A stretch of 60,601 nt of DNA from an uncultured Eggerthellaceae bacterium (GTDB lineage: Bacteria; Actinomycetota; Coriobacteriia; Coriobacteriales; Eggerthellaceae), in contig CAJUFC010000156.1 of the NCBI GenBank assembly GCA_910585565.1, positions 1 to 60,601 on the forward strand, given 5' to 3'. This document shows positions 8,303-16,880 of the stretch, in pieces. Position 1 is the stretch's first letter. Each line of letters begins with the position of its first letter. The notes beneath the pieces were generated by a model. The model saw nothing but the letters and a program-made list of their open reading frames with translations, made no database searches and was not told the DNA's origin. A program made the translations under genes and the position numbers.

Positions 8303-9576
8303 TAGCTCAGCTCCTCAAGGTTCACCAGGTTGCCCACCGCCGCGTCCACGGCAGCGGTCAGCTGCTCTGTCGTCACGTAGCCCGAAAGGTCGATGCTCGC
8401 GGCATCGCCCGGGTCCCCCTTGTCGCCTTTGGCTCCCGGTTCTCCGGGGTCGCCCTTCTCGCCCTTGAGCGTTGCCAGCTGCTCGGACGTGAAGTCCGCG
8501 AAGGTGAAGGCGTCGCCCTTGTCGCCCTTGTCGCCTTTTGCCCCCGGCGTGCCCGGCTCGCCCGGTGCGCCAGCAGCGCCGGGTTCTCCCGTGTCACCTT
8601 TCTCGCCACGCGCACCATCCCTGCCGGGTGCGCCGTCCGCTCCCCGTTCGCCCCGCAATCCCGGCTCGCCCCGCTCGCCTTTGGTCCCGTTGCGTACCAC
8701 GAATGCCGATTCCTCGCCATTCGTCAGCGTCACGGTGATGACATTCTCCCCGCCGCTCTCCTCCGACCTCGCCGTCTGAACCACAGAGGCTATGCCGACG
8801 CCATTCTGGCCGACTTCGCCCGAGCCGCCTCCGACGACGCTCCCAGCGCGCCCGTTGCGCACCTGGAAGTCGCTCGAAGTCCCATCGGTCGGCGTCACGG
8901 TGATGACGTTGACGCCCGCATCGACAGTGGAAGTGGCAGTCTGCACGACCGATGCTATGCCCACGCCGTCGCGCCCAGGAGCGCCATCTGCGCCGTCCTT
9001 CCCGTCCATGCCATCGCGCCCCGGCGCACCATCGGCCCCAGCTGGCCCCGGCTCTCCGGGCTCTCCCTTCTCTCCGGGGTCACCCTTCTCGCCCTTGATG
9101 ACGCTCACGCCATCCAAAACGGCCAGCATCTCCTCGATGCGCCCTGCGCCCTCCTCGTAGCGCTTGATCGCGTCCACGAACAGCGTGAACCCGTCCTCGC
9201 TGCCGCCCGCGCCCACCAGCGCCGGCTCGACGCGCACCTTGAACACGCGGGTAGATACGGCGGGGCCGTCGGGGAGCGAGATCATGACCTGGGCGTCCAC
9301 CACGCCCTCGCATTCCTGCATGGCGGCGGGGTAGAACACGCGCCACGCGCCGTCCTCGCCGCACGCGAACGGCTCGCACCCTCGCTTTCCGCTCATGCGG
9401 TGGCGCCATATCAGGTACACATGCGCGCCCGCAAGCTCTACGCCCATCGCGTCGGGAATCGTGAAGACGATGCCCCTTCCGCAAGCGTCGACGGGCGATG
9501 CCACCAGCACGTCGCCCAGATAGTCGTCGCAGCCGTTCCACACCAGCTCGTGCAAGCAGCAGTCCTCTATCGCCAT
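8299..9576 (-). CDS. Collagen-like (G-X-Y repeat) phage tail fibre
   Basis: Several G-X-Y tracts (GEKGDPGEKGEPGEPGPAGADGAPGRDGMDGKDGADGAPGRDG). They are separated by two paralogous ~40-aa modules (GVGIASVVQTATSTVDAGVNVITVTPTDG... and GVGIASVVQTARSEESGGENVITVTLTNG...). Confidence 0.85.
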   Translation of the reverse strand: MAIEDCCLHELVWNGCDDYLGDVLVASPVDACGRGIVFTIPDAMGVELAGAHVYLIWRHRMSGKRGCEPFACGEDGAWRVFYPAAMQECEGVVDAQVMISLPDGPAVSTRVFKVRVEPALVGAGGSEDGFTLFVDAIKRYEEGAGRIEEMLAVLDGVSVIKGEKGDPGEKGEPGEPGPAGADGAPGRDGMDGKDGADGAPGRDGVGIASVVQTATSTVDAGVNVITVTPTDGTSSDFQVRNGRAGSVVGGGSGEVGQNGVGIASVVQTARSEESGGENVITVTLTNGEESAFVVRNGTKGERGEPGLRGERGADGAPGRDGARGEKGDTGEPGAAGAPGEPGTPGAKGDKGDKGDAFTFADFTSEQLATLKGEKGDPGEPGAKGDKGDPGDAASIDLSGYVTTEQLTAAVDAAVGNLVNLEELSY

Positions 9577-9580
9577 GAGC

Positions 9581-11644
9581 CTATCCTTTCAGATCCTCGC
9601 CGAGCTGGCCGTCCACCGTCCACCAGCCGTGCCATTTCCCGTCCGCGCCGCAATAGCGGTACTCGTCGGCGTTCCGCACGCCCGTCTCTGCCCCGTAGCG
9701 CATCACGTCGCCCAGCACCCACACGCGCACGCCGACCATGCGCGGGTTGTCCGCGAGGTTCAGCGCCGCCCGCACGGCCTTGCGCCGCCGCGTCGCGGTC
9801 GAAAGGTTCACGGCGGCCATCCGCGCAACGTCCGCCTCGGCGGGCGCATCGGCGATCACGATGTTGCTCGCACCGGCGCCCTCTGCGCCAAGCCGCAGCG
9901 CGGCCGCGTCGAACCGATTGCCCGCGCCCATGTCGGCCCAGCCGACCACATAGCCGCACACCCACGCCGCATCGATGGCCGGCTCGGTCGTGGAGACGCA
10001 CTGGCAGCGCCTCAGGTCTGCTACCGTGAGGGGCAGCGCGAAGGTCCCGTCGCCTTCCAGGTCGTCGGGGATGGCGTCAACGGGCTTCTCGACGCTCGAA
10101 AGCGGAAGCGCGACCTCGTCCGAGACAGCGCACGCCCCGTAGTGCTGGCTCGTCCCCGCGAAGCGCTCTGGGCAGCTCGCCTTCGCCCTGCACGCAAAGC
10201 GCCCGGCGGCGGCCTCGCCTGCATCGGGGCTCGCCTCGAACGAGTACAGCCTCGATCCGCTGGCCGCAAGGTAGGGCAGCTTCCCCGACACGCCCGCCCT
10301 GGGGATGACCACCTGTATGTCGTAGACGGGGTGGGCCAGGTTGTTGGCCACCGTAACGTCGAAGCGGTACACGTCGTCGGTCGCGAGCACGAAGGCGTAC
10401 CGCAGGTCTATCTCGGTCCCGTCTGCGCGCCTCACGCCCCGCAGCTCCAGCGCCACCGACAGCGCCCCTGCGGCGGCGTCCCCGTCGGGCTCGCGCAGCC
10501 CTGCGGCCACGAGCGCGTCGGCGAACGTGGCCACCGACCCGCACCGGCGCTCGTAGGCGGCGAAGCTCGAGTACGCCCCTGCGGTGATGTCGCCGAGCCG
10601 TATGCTCTGCCTCACCTCCCGCCCGAACCGCCGCGTGCGCTCCACCACGCGCATCCCGCAGCGGCAGGGCGCCCCCGCCGCTTCGCCCACCACCAGCGCC
10701 ACGTCCCCCAGGCGCACGTCGCGCCCGCTCACGTCTATGGGCTCGTCCACCGCATACGTCACCTTGGGCGCGTTGGCCCGCTGCAGCGCCTCATGGGTCT
10801 TGGCGTACAGCCGCTCCGCCCTCTGCTCGTCCTCGAAGATGACGTAGCCGAAGTTGTGCCGGCGGCTGCCGTCGGGGTTCTTGCGTCCGTACAGTTCAAG
10901 GGCGCGTTCGTCGGCGACGTAGCTCATGCCGCCGTTCACGTCCCCGAAGTCGAGTCGTCGCGTGAAGCCGCCCGTGGGGTTGCCGTCCTCGTCGTAGGCG
11001 CCGAAGCTCACGCCGAAGCCGTACATCGCCGTGATCGCCTCGTCGCCTCTCATGTGCAGGCACCCGGCGGGAAGGCTCTTCCCGCAAACGAGCCGAAGCC
11101 CGCGCCATGCGCCCTGCTCGGCGCAGAAGCAAAGCCGCCGCCCCGTCACGCGCCCAGCCGCCTCATCCACCTCTATCTCCAGGTAAAACTCCACCCGGTA
11201 CAGCTTCTCCAAACGGCGCATCCCGTCGTAGAAGCTCATGCGGGTGAGCCACGCCGTCTCCTCGCTCACCCCGCCGAACTCCCAGCTTCCCGCCGAGAAC
11301 CGCGTGTAGGGCACCAGCCACTTCAGCAGGTCGTAGTAGGCCACGCGCTCGATGCGGCACGCCTCCATGAAGTCGCACCGCGTCTCGAACAGGGCGCCGT
11401 CGGCGGCCACCTCGCACAGCCCGCCCGATCCGGCCCGCGTCTCGCGCACCACGTGCTCGCGCCACATCGCGTCCGGCGCGTCCCACCACACCAGGCGGTC
11501 GTATTTTTCGGGCCGCTCCCGGCAGGCGAAGCGCAGCTCGTCGTGCTCCCTCACCGCCTCGCTGTGCTCCAGATCGCCGTGCAGGTGGATCGTCCCCTTG
11601 CGGGCGTCGTCCAGTCCGAACCACATCAGAACGGGCGCGGCCAT
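9581..11644 (-). CDS. Phage tail-associated protein (Tal / prophage-tail endopeptidase-like)
   Basis: 687 aa, placed directly after a Dit-like gene. The N-terminal region resembles siphovirus minor structural or tail proteins. Assignment rests on position plus remembered family similarity. Confidence 0.7.
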   Translation of the reverse strand: MAAPVLMWFGLDDARKGTIHLHGDLEHSEAVREHDELRFACRERPEKYDRLVWWDAPDAMWREHVVRETRAGSGGLCEVAADGALFETRCDFMEACRIERVAYYDLLKWLVPYTRFSAGSWEFGGVSEETAWLTRMSFYDGMRRLEKLYRVEFYLEIEVDEAAGRVTGRRLCFCAEQGAWRGLRLVCGKSLPAGCLHMRGDEAITAMYGFGVSFGAYDEDGNPTGGFTRRLDFGDVNGGMSYVADERALELYGRKNPDGSRRHNFGYVIFEDEQRAERLYAKTHEALQRANAPKVTYAVDEPIDVSGRDVRLGDVALVVGEAAGAPCRCGMRVVERTRRFGREVRQSIRLGDITAGAYSSFAAYERRCGSVATFADALVAAGLREPDGDAAAGALSVALELRGVRRADGTEIDLRYAFVLATDDVYRFDVTVANNLAHPVYDIQVVIPRAGVSGKLPYLAASGSRLYSFEASPDAGEAAAGRFACRAKASCPERFAGTSQHYGACAVSDEVALPLSSVEKPVDAIPDDLEGDGTFALPLTVADLRRCQCVSTTEPAIDAAWVCGYVVGWADMGAGNRFDAAALRLGAEGAGASNIVIADAPAEADVARMAAVNLSTATRRRKAVRAALNLADNPRMVGVRVWVLGDVMRYGAETGVRNADEYRYCGADGKWHGWWTVDGQLGEDLKG

Positions 11645-12364
11645 CTAGTACCACCGCTCGGCATAGGTCGTGGAATGCCCCGCGCATCCGGCGAAGGCGA
11701 GCTCGCACGCGCCGGGCGCGAGGGGGAAGAAGTCGCTGTGCACGCCTATGTCGGCGTTGGCGCAAGCGCCGTCCACGGTCACGTCCTCGCTCGCGCAGTC
11801 TATCCGCACGCGCTCGCCGCCCTTGAAATCGCCGACCACGCAGACGAACCTCTCGCTCAAGAGGTTCAGCACCATCACGCTGTCGCCCTCGGCGGCCACG
11901 CACTCGAACACGGGGTAGGTCTCCGCCGTGCCGCCCACCTTGAAGGCATCCTCCCCGGTGGTGCGCTCGTATCCGTAGGCCACCGGGTCATAGCAGGTGA
12001 ACGTCAGGGTGCACTCGCCGTCCTCAAGCATCGCCGTCCAGCCCTCGCCGTCGGTCAGCGCGGCGCCGCGGTACTTAAGCACCTCGTCTTCGGGCAGCTG
12101 CAGCGTCGCGCCCTGCGCCGCGCACAGCATCGCGTCTATCCGGTGGCGCAACCTGCTCGCATCCTCCGGCGTCAAGGCGCAGCCGGCATCCAGAAACAGG
12201 CGCACCTTCACTATGCGCACGTCTATCCCGTCGCCCGTCATGTGCGCACCGATGCCGCCAGCAATAGCCACGCCCTCCGCCCGCACCCGGTGCGGCGTCA
12301 CGCCGACGGTCTGCGCCTGGCACACCTCGCTGAAATCGTATCCGTTGAACACCAGCCCGTGCAT
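11645..12364 (-). CDS. Distal tail protein (Sipho_tail-like)
   Basis: Starts MHGLVFNGYDFSEV, 239 aa. Stop and start abut the Tal gene. The 399-aa track ORF is an upstream extension through Arg-rich junk. Confidence 0.65.
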   Translation of the reverse strand: MHGLVFNGYDFSEVCQAQTVGVTPHRVRAEGVAIAGGIGAHMTGDGIDVRIVKVRLFLDAGCALTPEDASRLRHRIDAMLCAAQGATLQLPEDEVLKYRGAALTDGEGWTAMLEDGECTLTFTCYDPVAYGYERTTGEDAFKVGGTAETYPVFECVAAEGDSVMVLNLLSERFVCVVGDFKGGERVRIDCASEDVTVDGACANADIGVHSDFFPLAPGACELAFAGCAGHSTTYAERWY

Positions 12365-12753
12365 CAGGCCCCGCCCTTCTTGATCGTGAACTCCAAAGGG
12401 ACTTCGTACACGTAGCGCCCGCTGCCGTCGCGCTCCTTGAACGCGGGTGTGCCCACGTCCATAGCGACGATCCTCGCGCCCCTCAGGTCGCGCACGCGCT
12501 CCCAAGCAGCCACCGCCAGCGCCCGCTCGCATAGGTGCGCCGCATCTTGCGCCGCTCCGTCCGTTTCCCGGCAAACGTACACGCTCGCCGCAGCGCGCCC
12601 GCGCTCGCCTGCGGGCAGCTTCGTGTCGCGCTCGTAGGCGGCGCGTCCCACGCAAACGGGCTCGGCGCACACGCCTACGCTCGGCGGCACCGTGTACACG
12701 TCGCTCACCCCGGCGCTCACGAGCAGCTTCTTTATCGCCTTCTCCAGCCTCAT
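12364..12753 (-). CDS. Phage head-tail joining or tail-completion protein (hypothetical)
   Basis: Starts MRLEKAIKKLL. ATGA overlaps at both ends. Position lies between the capsid and Dit genes. Confidence 0.5.
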   Translation of the reverse strand: MRLEKAIKKLLVSAGVSDVYTVPPSVGVCAEPVCVGRAAYERDTKLPAGERGRAAASVYVCRETDGAAQDAAHLCERALAVAAWERVRDLRGARIVAMDVGTPAFKERDGSGRYVYEVPLEFTIKKGGA

Positions 12754-13073
12754 CGCACATCCAGCTCCCAATGGTGAACGCGCCCGTTGGCTCCCTCGCA
12801 TGCGGTGCAGCTCTCCACGAACAGCGGCATCCCTCGGATCTCAATCCGGCTCCCCGCTGGCACCTCGTAAGCGCCCACGCTCGTCACGGCATCCACGTAC
12901 ACGCGCCCGCAAAGGCTCTCGCTCCTATGCGCTTCAGCGCAAGCTTCACGCTTCCGCTCGAAGCGCACATGGGCGATGGTCTTCGCCTCGCCGAAGCCGC
13001 CGTCGGCGGTCTGCTCCCGCACCTCCATCGTGTCCGGGAGCAGCCGCCTCGGCATGGCCCTCATGCCAGCCAT
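12750..13073 (-). CDS. Phage head-closure or minor capsid-like protein (hypothetical)
   Basis: 107 aa, translationally coupled (ATGA) to its neighbours. Confidence 0.5.
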   Translation of the reverse strand: MAGMRAMPRRLLPDTMEVREQTADGGFGEAKTIAHVRFERKREACAEAHRSESLCGRVYVDAVTSVGAYEVPAGSRIEIRGMPLFVESCTACEGANGRVHHWELDVR

Positions 13074-13417
13074 CAGCGCACCCCGCCGAACAGCAGCCCC
13101 GTCCCAGCCAGCTCCCGCATGACCGCCTCGGTCGCCAGTTCCGCGCCGGTGGTGCCCTTGTTCTCGTAGTTCGTCACCTTGTAATCACCTATGGAAAAAC
13201 CGCCCACGCTGCCGGCTCCGTGCTCGGCGAACACATCCACGCATCGGCACACCGCACGCGCCCAGACACGCCGCTCATCACGCGTGCGGGGCTCGCGCGG
13301 CCAGCACACCCACACGGTGTGAGCCTCCGCCAAGGGAAGATTGGCGGCGAATGCCTCTTCCGAGAGCTCGCCGCCGAACTCCTCCACGTAAGCCTCGTAT
13401 GTCACGTCGGGGCACAC
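13073..13417 (-). CDS. Phage head-tail connector protein (hypothetical)
   Basis: 114 aa, immediately downstream of the capsid gene. Confidence 0.5.
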   Translation of the reverse strand: MCPDVTYEAYVEEFGGELSEEAFAANLPLAEAHTVWVCWPREPRTRDERRVWARAVCRCVDVFAEHGAGSVGGFSIGDYKVTNYENKGTTGAELATEAVMRELAGTGLLFGGVR

Positions 13418-13419
13418 GG

Positions 13420-14346
13420 CTACTTCGCGCCCTCTGCCTTGGCGTCCGCCGCCTTGGCTACGGTAGTCGCGCCCATAACGCTCGCATGAATGCCGTCCAG
13501 CTTCGCGTCCATCAGCTCCACGATGCCGTACTTGCGGTACTTCAGCATGTAGCTGTCCAGGCTCTCAAGCTCGTCGGGGCTGAAGATGCGGCTCGGGACG
13601 TGCTTGTCGAACTTCACCACCGCACTCTTCTCAACCACAAGGAAGTTCAAGTCAGACCCATCAGCCGCCTTCGCGTAGCCGAACTTGTCATCGTCGCCGT
13701 TCAGCAGATCGATCTTCGTGTAGAAGCGCACCTGCGGCACCTCAATGATGCGGTTGAAGCGCGTCAGCACGCGGTTGGAGCGTGCGGGATTGGCCAAACT
13801 GAAGTCGTCCAGGATGCCCTTCAGCGTCGGGGTGATGAACAGAAATCGGCTCCCGGTGGAAACCTGCAACTCGTCCATCTCGTTGGTCACGCTGCGAAGC
13901 GCGGCAAGCACGTCGCCCGCCTCGGCGTCGCTGAAGTCGGTCGTGGTGCTCGCTACGTCCTTATGCCCGGCAATCTGCGCGAAGGTGAAGGCGTCGGCCT
14001 CGGGTGCCACCTGCACGCGCTGGAGCTCACCGCCGGCCTGAACGAAAGCGTCCTCGATGCCCGTTTCCTCGATGTCCATAGCGTCTGCGAACAAACGGAT
14101 GCCACGGTCGTAGTTGAATGTCTTGGTTTCCCACTCGTAGTTGATGGAACCGGTCTTGTATCCCACGTTGCGCTCGTAGTTACCCAAGCCCGTCACGCTG
14201 ATGCGCGGCACCATGATCTCTCGCGCTCCGCGCCCGGCACGCACCATCGTCGGGTCAGAGTTGAGGCACGCAGATGTCGCTTCGCACTGGTACACCTTGT
14301 CCAAGATGCCGGCGTAGTTCTTCTTGAACGCGATCGAGTTGGCCAT
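13420..14346 (-). CDS. Major capsid protein
   Basis: 308 aa, MANSIAFKKNYAGILDKVYQ... It is preceded by an Ala/Glu-rich scaffold gene. Size and position are typical. Confidence 0.75.
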   Translation of the reverse strand: MANSIAFKKNYAGILDKVYQCEATSACLNSDPTMVRAGRGAREIMVPRISVTGLGNYERNVGYKTGSINYEWETKTFNYDRGIRLFADAMDIEETGIEDAFVQAGGELQRVQVAPEADAFTFAQIAGHKDVASTTTDFSDAEAGDVLAALRSVTNEMDELQVSTGSRFLFITPTLKGILDDFSLANPARSNRVLTRFNRIIEVPQVRFYTKIDLLNGDDDKFGYAKAADGSDLNFLVVEKSAVVKFDKHVPSRIFSPDELESLDSYMLKYRKYGIVELMDAKLDGIHASVMGATTVAKAADAKAEGAK

Positions 14347-14351
14347 AGCGT

Positions 14352-14828
14352 CTACTCCTTTTCCTCGTCATCGGAGAGTCCGGCCAGGCGCTCCCAGCGG
14401 GCGACCGTCGCCTTCGAGGCGTCGGTGCCGGCGGGCTTCAGGCCGGTCGTGCCGCTCTGTTGCCCGTCATCATTGGCATTCGCCTCGCCGTCCGCGAACA
14501 GCCAGGGCTCAGCGGCTTTCAGCGCGGCAATGTCGCCATCGTGATCGCCCAGCAGCGCACGCGCCGCACGGGCCGAGCGGCATCCGACGAGCGCCAGCTC
14601 GCGGTCTGTCTCCTGGGCTTCTAGCTGGGATTCCAGCTCCTTGATGCGCTCGTCGCGCTCGGCGACCTGAGCCGCCAGGTCCGCTTCCGCCGCTTGCGTG
14701 GCAGCCGCTCCCTCGGTGCCGTCGGATGCGCCGCCTGCGCCCGCCGGGTTCCCGTTCGCTTGCGCCGCTGCAGCCTGCCCAGCCTCCGCAGCCGTCCCGC
14801 CCTGCGCGGCATCGTTCTCTCCGTCCAT
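14352..14828 (-). CDS. Capsid scaffolding protein
   Basis: 158 aa, Ala/Glu/Asp-rich helical sequence (AQVAERDERIKELESQLEAQETDRELA), directly upstream of the capsid gene. Confidence 0.7.
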   Translation of the reverse strand: MDGENDAAQGGTAAEAGQAAAAQANGNPAGAGGASDGTEGAAATQAAEADLAAQVAERDERIKELESQLEAQETDRELALVGCRSARAARALLGDHDGDIAALKAAEPWLFADGEANANDDGQQSGTTGLKPAGTDASKATVARWERLAGLSDDEEKE

Positions 14829-15223
14829 GTCTCACTCCTAGCCGCCGCACCACAGAATGCGGCGCGGCATCGCTTGTCTGCGCCCGCATGCTGCGGGCTT
14901 CTTCGGCTATGAGTTTGGGGGAGTGTCACAAAGTGAAGGGTATCAATGATGGATACATTTTGCCGTATTATTGCTTATGCTTTTGCCTAGACTCAGATAG
15001 TAAAAATCGCGATTCAGCGAATTGAACGTATGGCTTTAATTTAAAAGCCCTTCTGCGGCCAGCTAACAAAGACGGTCTTTGTGCTTTCTGTTTCGACACC
15101 ACTGCCATTTTGCCTAGTACCATTGGAAGAGGTAAGCGCGCGACCCGTTAAAGACATCATTAGCAATCCGATGCAAAAGGTGGAAAATCCCAAAAATGAC
15201 AAACGTAAATTACTTACGGCCTT

Positions 15224-16201
15224 TCACCATTCTTCCGGAATGTACAGAGTTACGTCACCGTAAGCAGCTCTTAACTTCTCGAAAGAAACCCCACCGCTAT
15301 GTTTACACGCATCATGGATTATTGTCGGAATAAGGAGCATCGTATTTCCATCTGCGCATTCATGCCAGGTGAGTTTGTTTTCTTTGCGATAAGCAGCAAT
15401 CTGCCTGCAGAGTACGTCTCGTTTCATTTCTCGTAGAGAGGATTCGGATAGAGATAATTTCTCGGCTAATGCCAAATCAGCTTGATTGAAATTACCTAAA
15501 TCATATGATGGATCATATGCTTGAGCTTTTGTGCGCCTCCCATATTCCCATTTCGGATTCCTTCTATGGGAAGTCATGTGACCTATGGATACTTCAGCGA
15601 AAACGTCTCCCCAAGGTGTTGAAATGTGTGCAAATGGCGTGAAATCAGGGTATCCGTCTTTGTACTCAACCCCTTCGGTCCCGTATTCAGCCAAGAAAGC
15701 CCTTGCATCCGAATCATTGGGAATAAAAAGTGAGTTACCGGCCACTCCGCTGAAGTCACCTGTTTTTTGTGTTGGCAGATGCTTGCGTCCAGGTAAAGGC
15801 TCTTCTTTTGAAAAATCAACCTTTAAAGCACTTTCTTCCCCGCTGTTGTCTAACTCTCGTATGATGCCTAGCTCTTCTTCAGTGCTCATGGTCTTCGAAA
15901 AATCGATATTCTCAGATTGTTTGTTGAAATCTTTTACGATGTATTCTTCGAGAAGATCAGCCGTTTGATTCAATCCGGCCACCAATCCTCCGCAAGCATC
16001 CTCTATATCCTGTGCGGCGGCTGTACATCGATTGACATAATCCCAAAATAGATTTGCGCGTATGCCTAAGTTTTGCATTTGAGAAGCAACAAACTCTAGC
16101 AGCCTATCAGATTCCTCACTAAGATGATCAATTGCTTGCGGTATGACGATGGCGAAATCGCGCAATGCTTGCACGCTTTCCAAGGAGGCGCTAACTTTCA
16201 T
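15224..16201 (-). CDS. Polymorphic-toxin-like protein: N-terminal helical WXG100/LXG-like domain plus C-terminal HNH/EndoVII (WHH-type) nuclease domain
   Basis: C-terminus GYPDFTPFA...NFNQADLALAEK...LTWHECADGNTMLLIPTIIHDACKHSGG (nt 15290-15370) matches the remembered WHH toxin pattern YTWHH..d...MqLVP...H....HtGG. The first ~90 aa are paralogous to the upstream 121-aa protein. Confidence 0.7.
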   Translation of the reverse strand: MKVSASLESVQALRDFAIVIPQAIDHLSEESDRLLEFVASQMQNLGIRANLFWDYVNRCTAAAQDIEDACGGLVAGLNQTADLLEEYIVKDFNKQSENIDFSKTMSTEEELGIIRELDNSGEESALKVDFSKEEPLPGRKHLPTQKTGDFSGVAGNSLFIPNDSDARAFLAEYGTEGVEYKDGYPDFTPFAHISTPWGDVFAEVSIGHMTSHRRNPKWEYGRRTKAQAYDPSYDLGNFNQADLALAEKLSLSESSLREMKRDVLCRQIAAYRKENKLTWHECADGNTMLLIPTIIHDACKHSGGVSFEKLRAAYGDVTLYIPEEW

Positions 16202-16217
16202 CTGGTGCCTTCGATGT

Positions 16218-16583
16218 CTAACGCCTTATAACGGTTTTGGTATCTTTTACTTTTTGCCCTCGTCTTGGCGCAGAGGATTCGCCTCCAGAATTAACCCCGT
16301 CCATGCCCAGTTGCTTGTTGATCCAGCCCTCTAAACTATCTGCCGTGGCATTCAGCCCCTTAGGAAGATCGGACAATGCGTCTGAAGCATCTTGAGCTGC
16401 CCGCATGCACATCCTGACGATATCCTCAAAATCACGCCCCCTAACACCTAGATCAGATTCAAGCCCTCGATATTTTTCTTGAAGATGCTGGGTTTCATCG
16501 ATTATTTGATTGACTGCATATGGCATTGCCTCTGCAAAATCCCGCAGCGCCTGAACGCTCTCCAGATTAGCCTCGATCTGCAT
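16218..16583 (-). CDS. Small helical protein, paralogue of the toxin N-terminal domain (WXG100/LXG-partner-like)
   Basis: MQIEANLESVQALRDFAEAMPYAV... aligns with MKVSASLESVQALRDFAIVIPQAI..., and both carry a shared (D/N)LG(V/I)R motif. The tail is Gly/Ser/Lys-rich. Confidence 0.6.
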   Translation of the reverse strand: MQIEANLESVQALRDFAEAMPYAVNQIIDETQHLQEKYRGLESDLGVRGRDFEDIVRMCMRAAQDASDALSDLPKGLNATADSLEGWINKQLGMDGVNSGGESSAPRRGQKVKDTKTVIRR

Positions 16584-16587
16584 TTAC

Positions 16588-16872
16588 CTATGCCTCCTCG
16601 ACTATTGTTTCCAAATCTTTGAGGTCATTTGCGAGGATGGTAAGTCCATCTTCGATAATTCGGTCCGTCGCCCAATCAAGAACAGCCAAGGCTTCTTCAA
16701 GTTTAGTTATCTTCTTGCGCGAAATAGGATCGCTACCCATCGCCTGGTCACACACATTTGCCGCATTCAGTAAGAATTGTTTTTGAGTATAGATAGCCTC
16801 TTGATATTCGCGCACTGCGGTGATAAGCGACCTTACCGCATCTGTATCCATGAAATTGTTCGACATCTGCAA
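16588..16872 (-). CDS. 94-aa helical-hairpin protein (WXG100-like size and shape; AMG in place of WxG)
   Basis: Two predicted helices joined at CDQAMGSDP near the midpoint. 8 nt downstream of the ATPase stop. Confidence 0.5.
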   Translation of the reverse strand: MQMSNNFMDTDAVRSLITAVREYQEAIYTQKQFLLNAANVCDQAMGSDPISRKKITKLEEALAVLDWATDRIIEDGLTILANDLKDLETIVEEA

Positions 16873-16880
16873 CCCTTTCC

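Noticed and set aside
7049-9576. Diversity-generating retroelement acting on the fibre or LRR genes
   Set aside because: There is no reverse transcriptase gene and no template/variable repeat pair in the window.
9575-12415. 946-aa plus-strand ORF, and similar long ORFs (4854-6074 +, 31668-34034 +, 55262-56890 +, 13351-14544 +, 52080-53306 -)
   Set aside because: Their translations are Arg/Ala/Pro/Gly/His-rich, low-complexity and motif-free. Each lies antisense to a well-supported gene. These are the typical open antisense frames of high-G+C DNA.
11645-12844. 399-aa version of the distal tail protein ORF, and similar N-terminal extensions (28657-29832, 39517-40884, 50903-52006, 51819-54242, 36423-37304, 21573-22142, 48980-50431)
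   Set aside because: The upstream parts read as junk, overlap neighbouring genes or lack an RBS. Internal starts with an RBS, or with ATGA coupling, give proteins that begin at the expected family N-termini.
14935-15223. Candidate immunity gene downstream of the nuclease toxin
   Set aside because: The only minus-strand ORF is a 39-aa Ser/Thr/Gly-rich peptide without a good RBS. The 60-aa plus-strand ORF (15081-15263) overlaps the toxin 3' end and looks non-coding. Neither is credible without comparative support.
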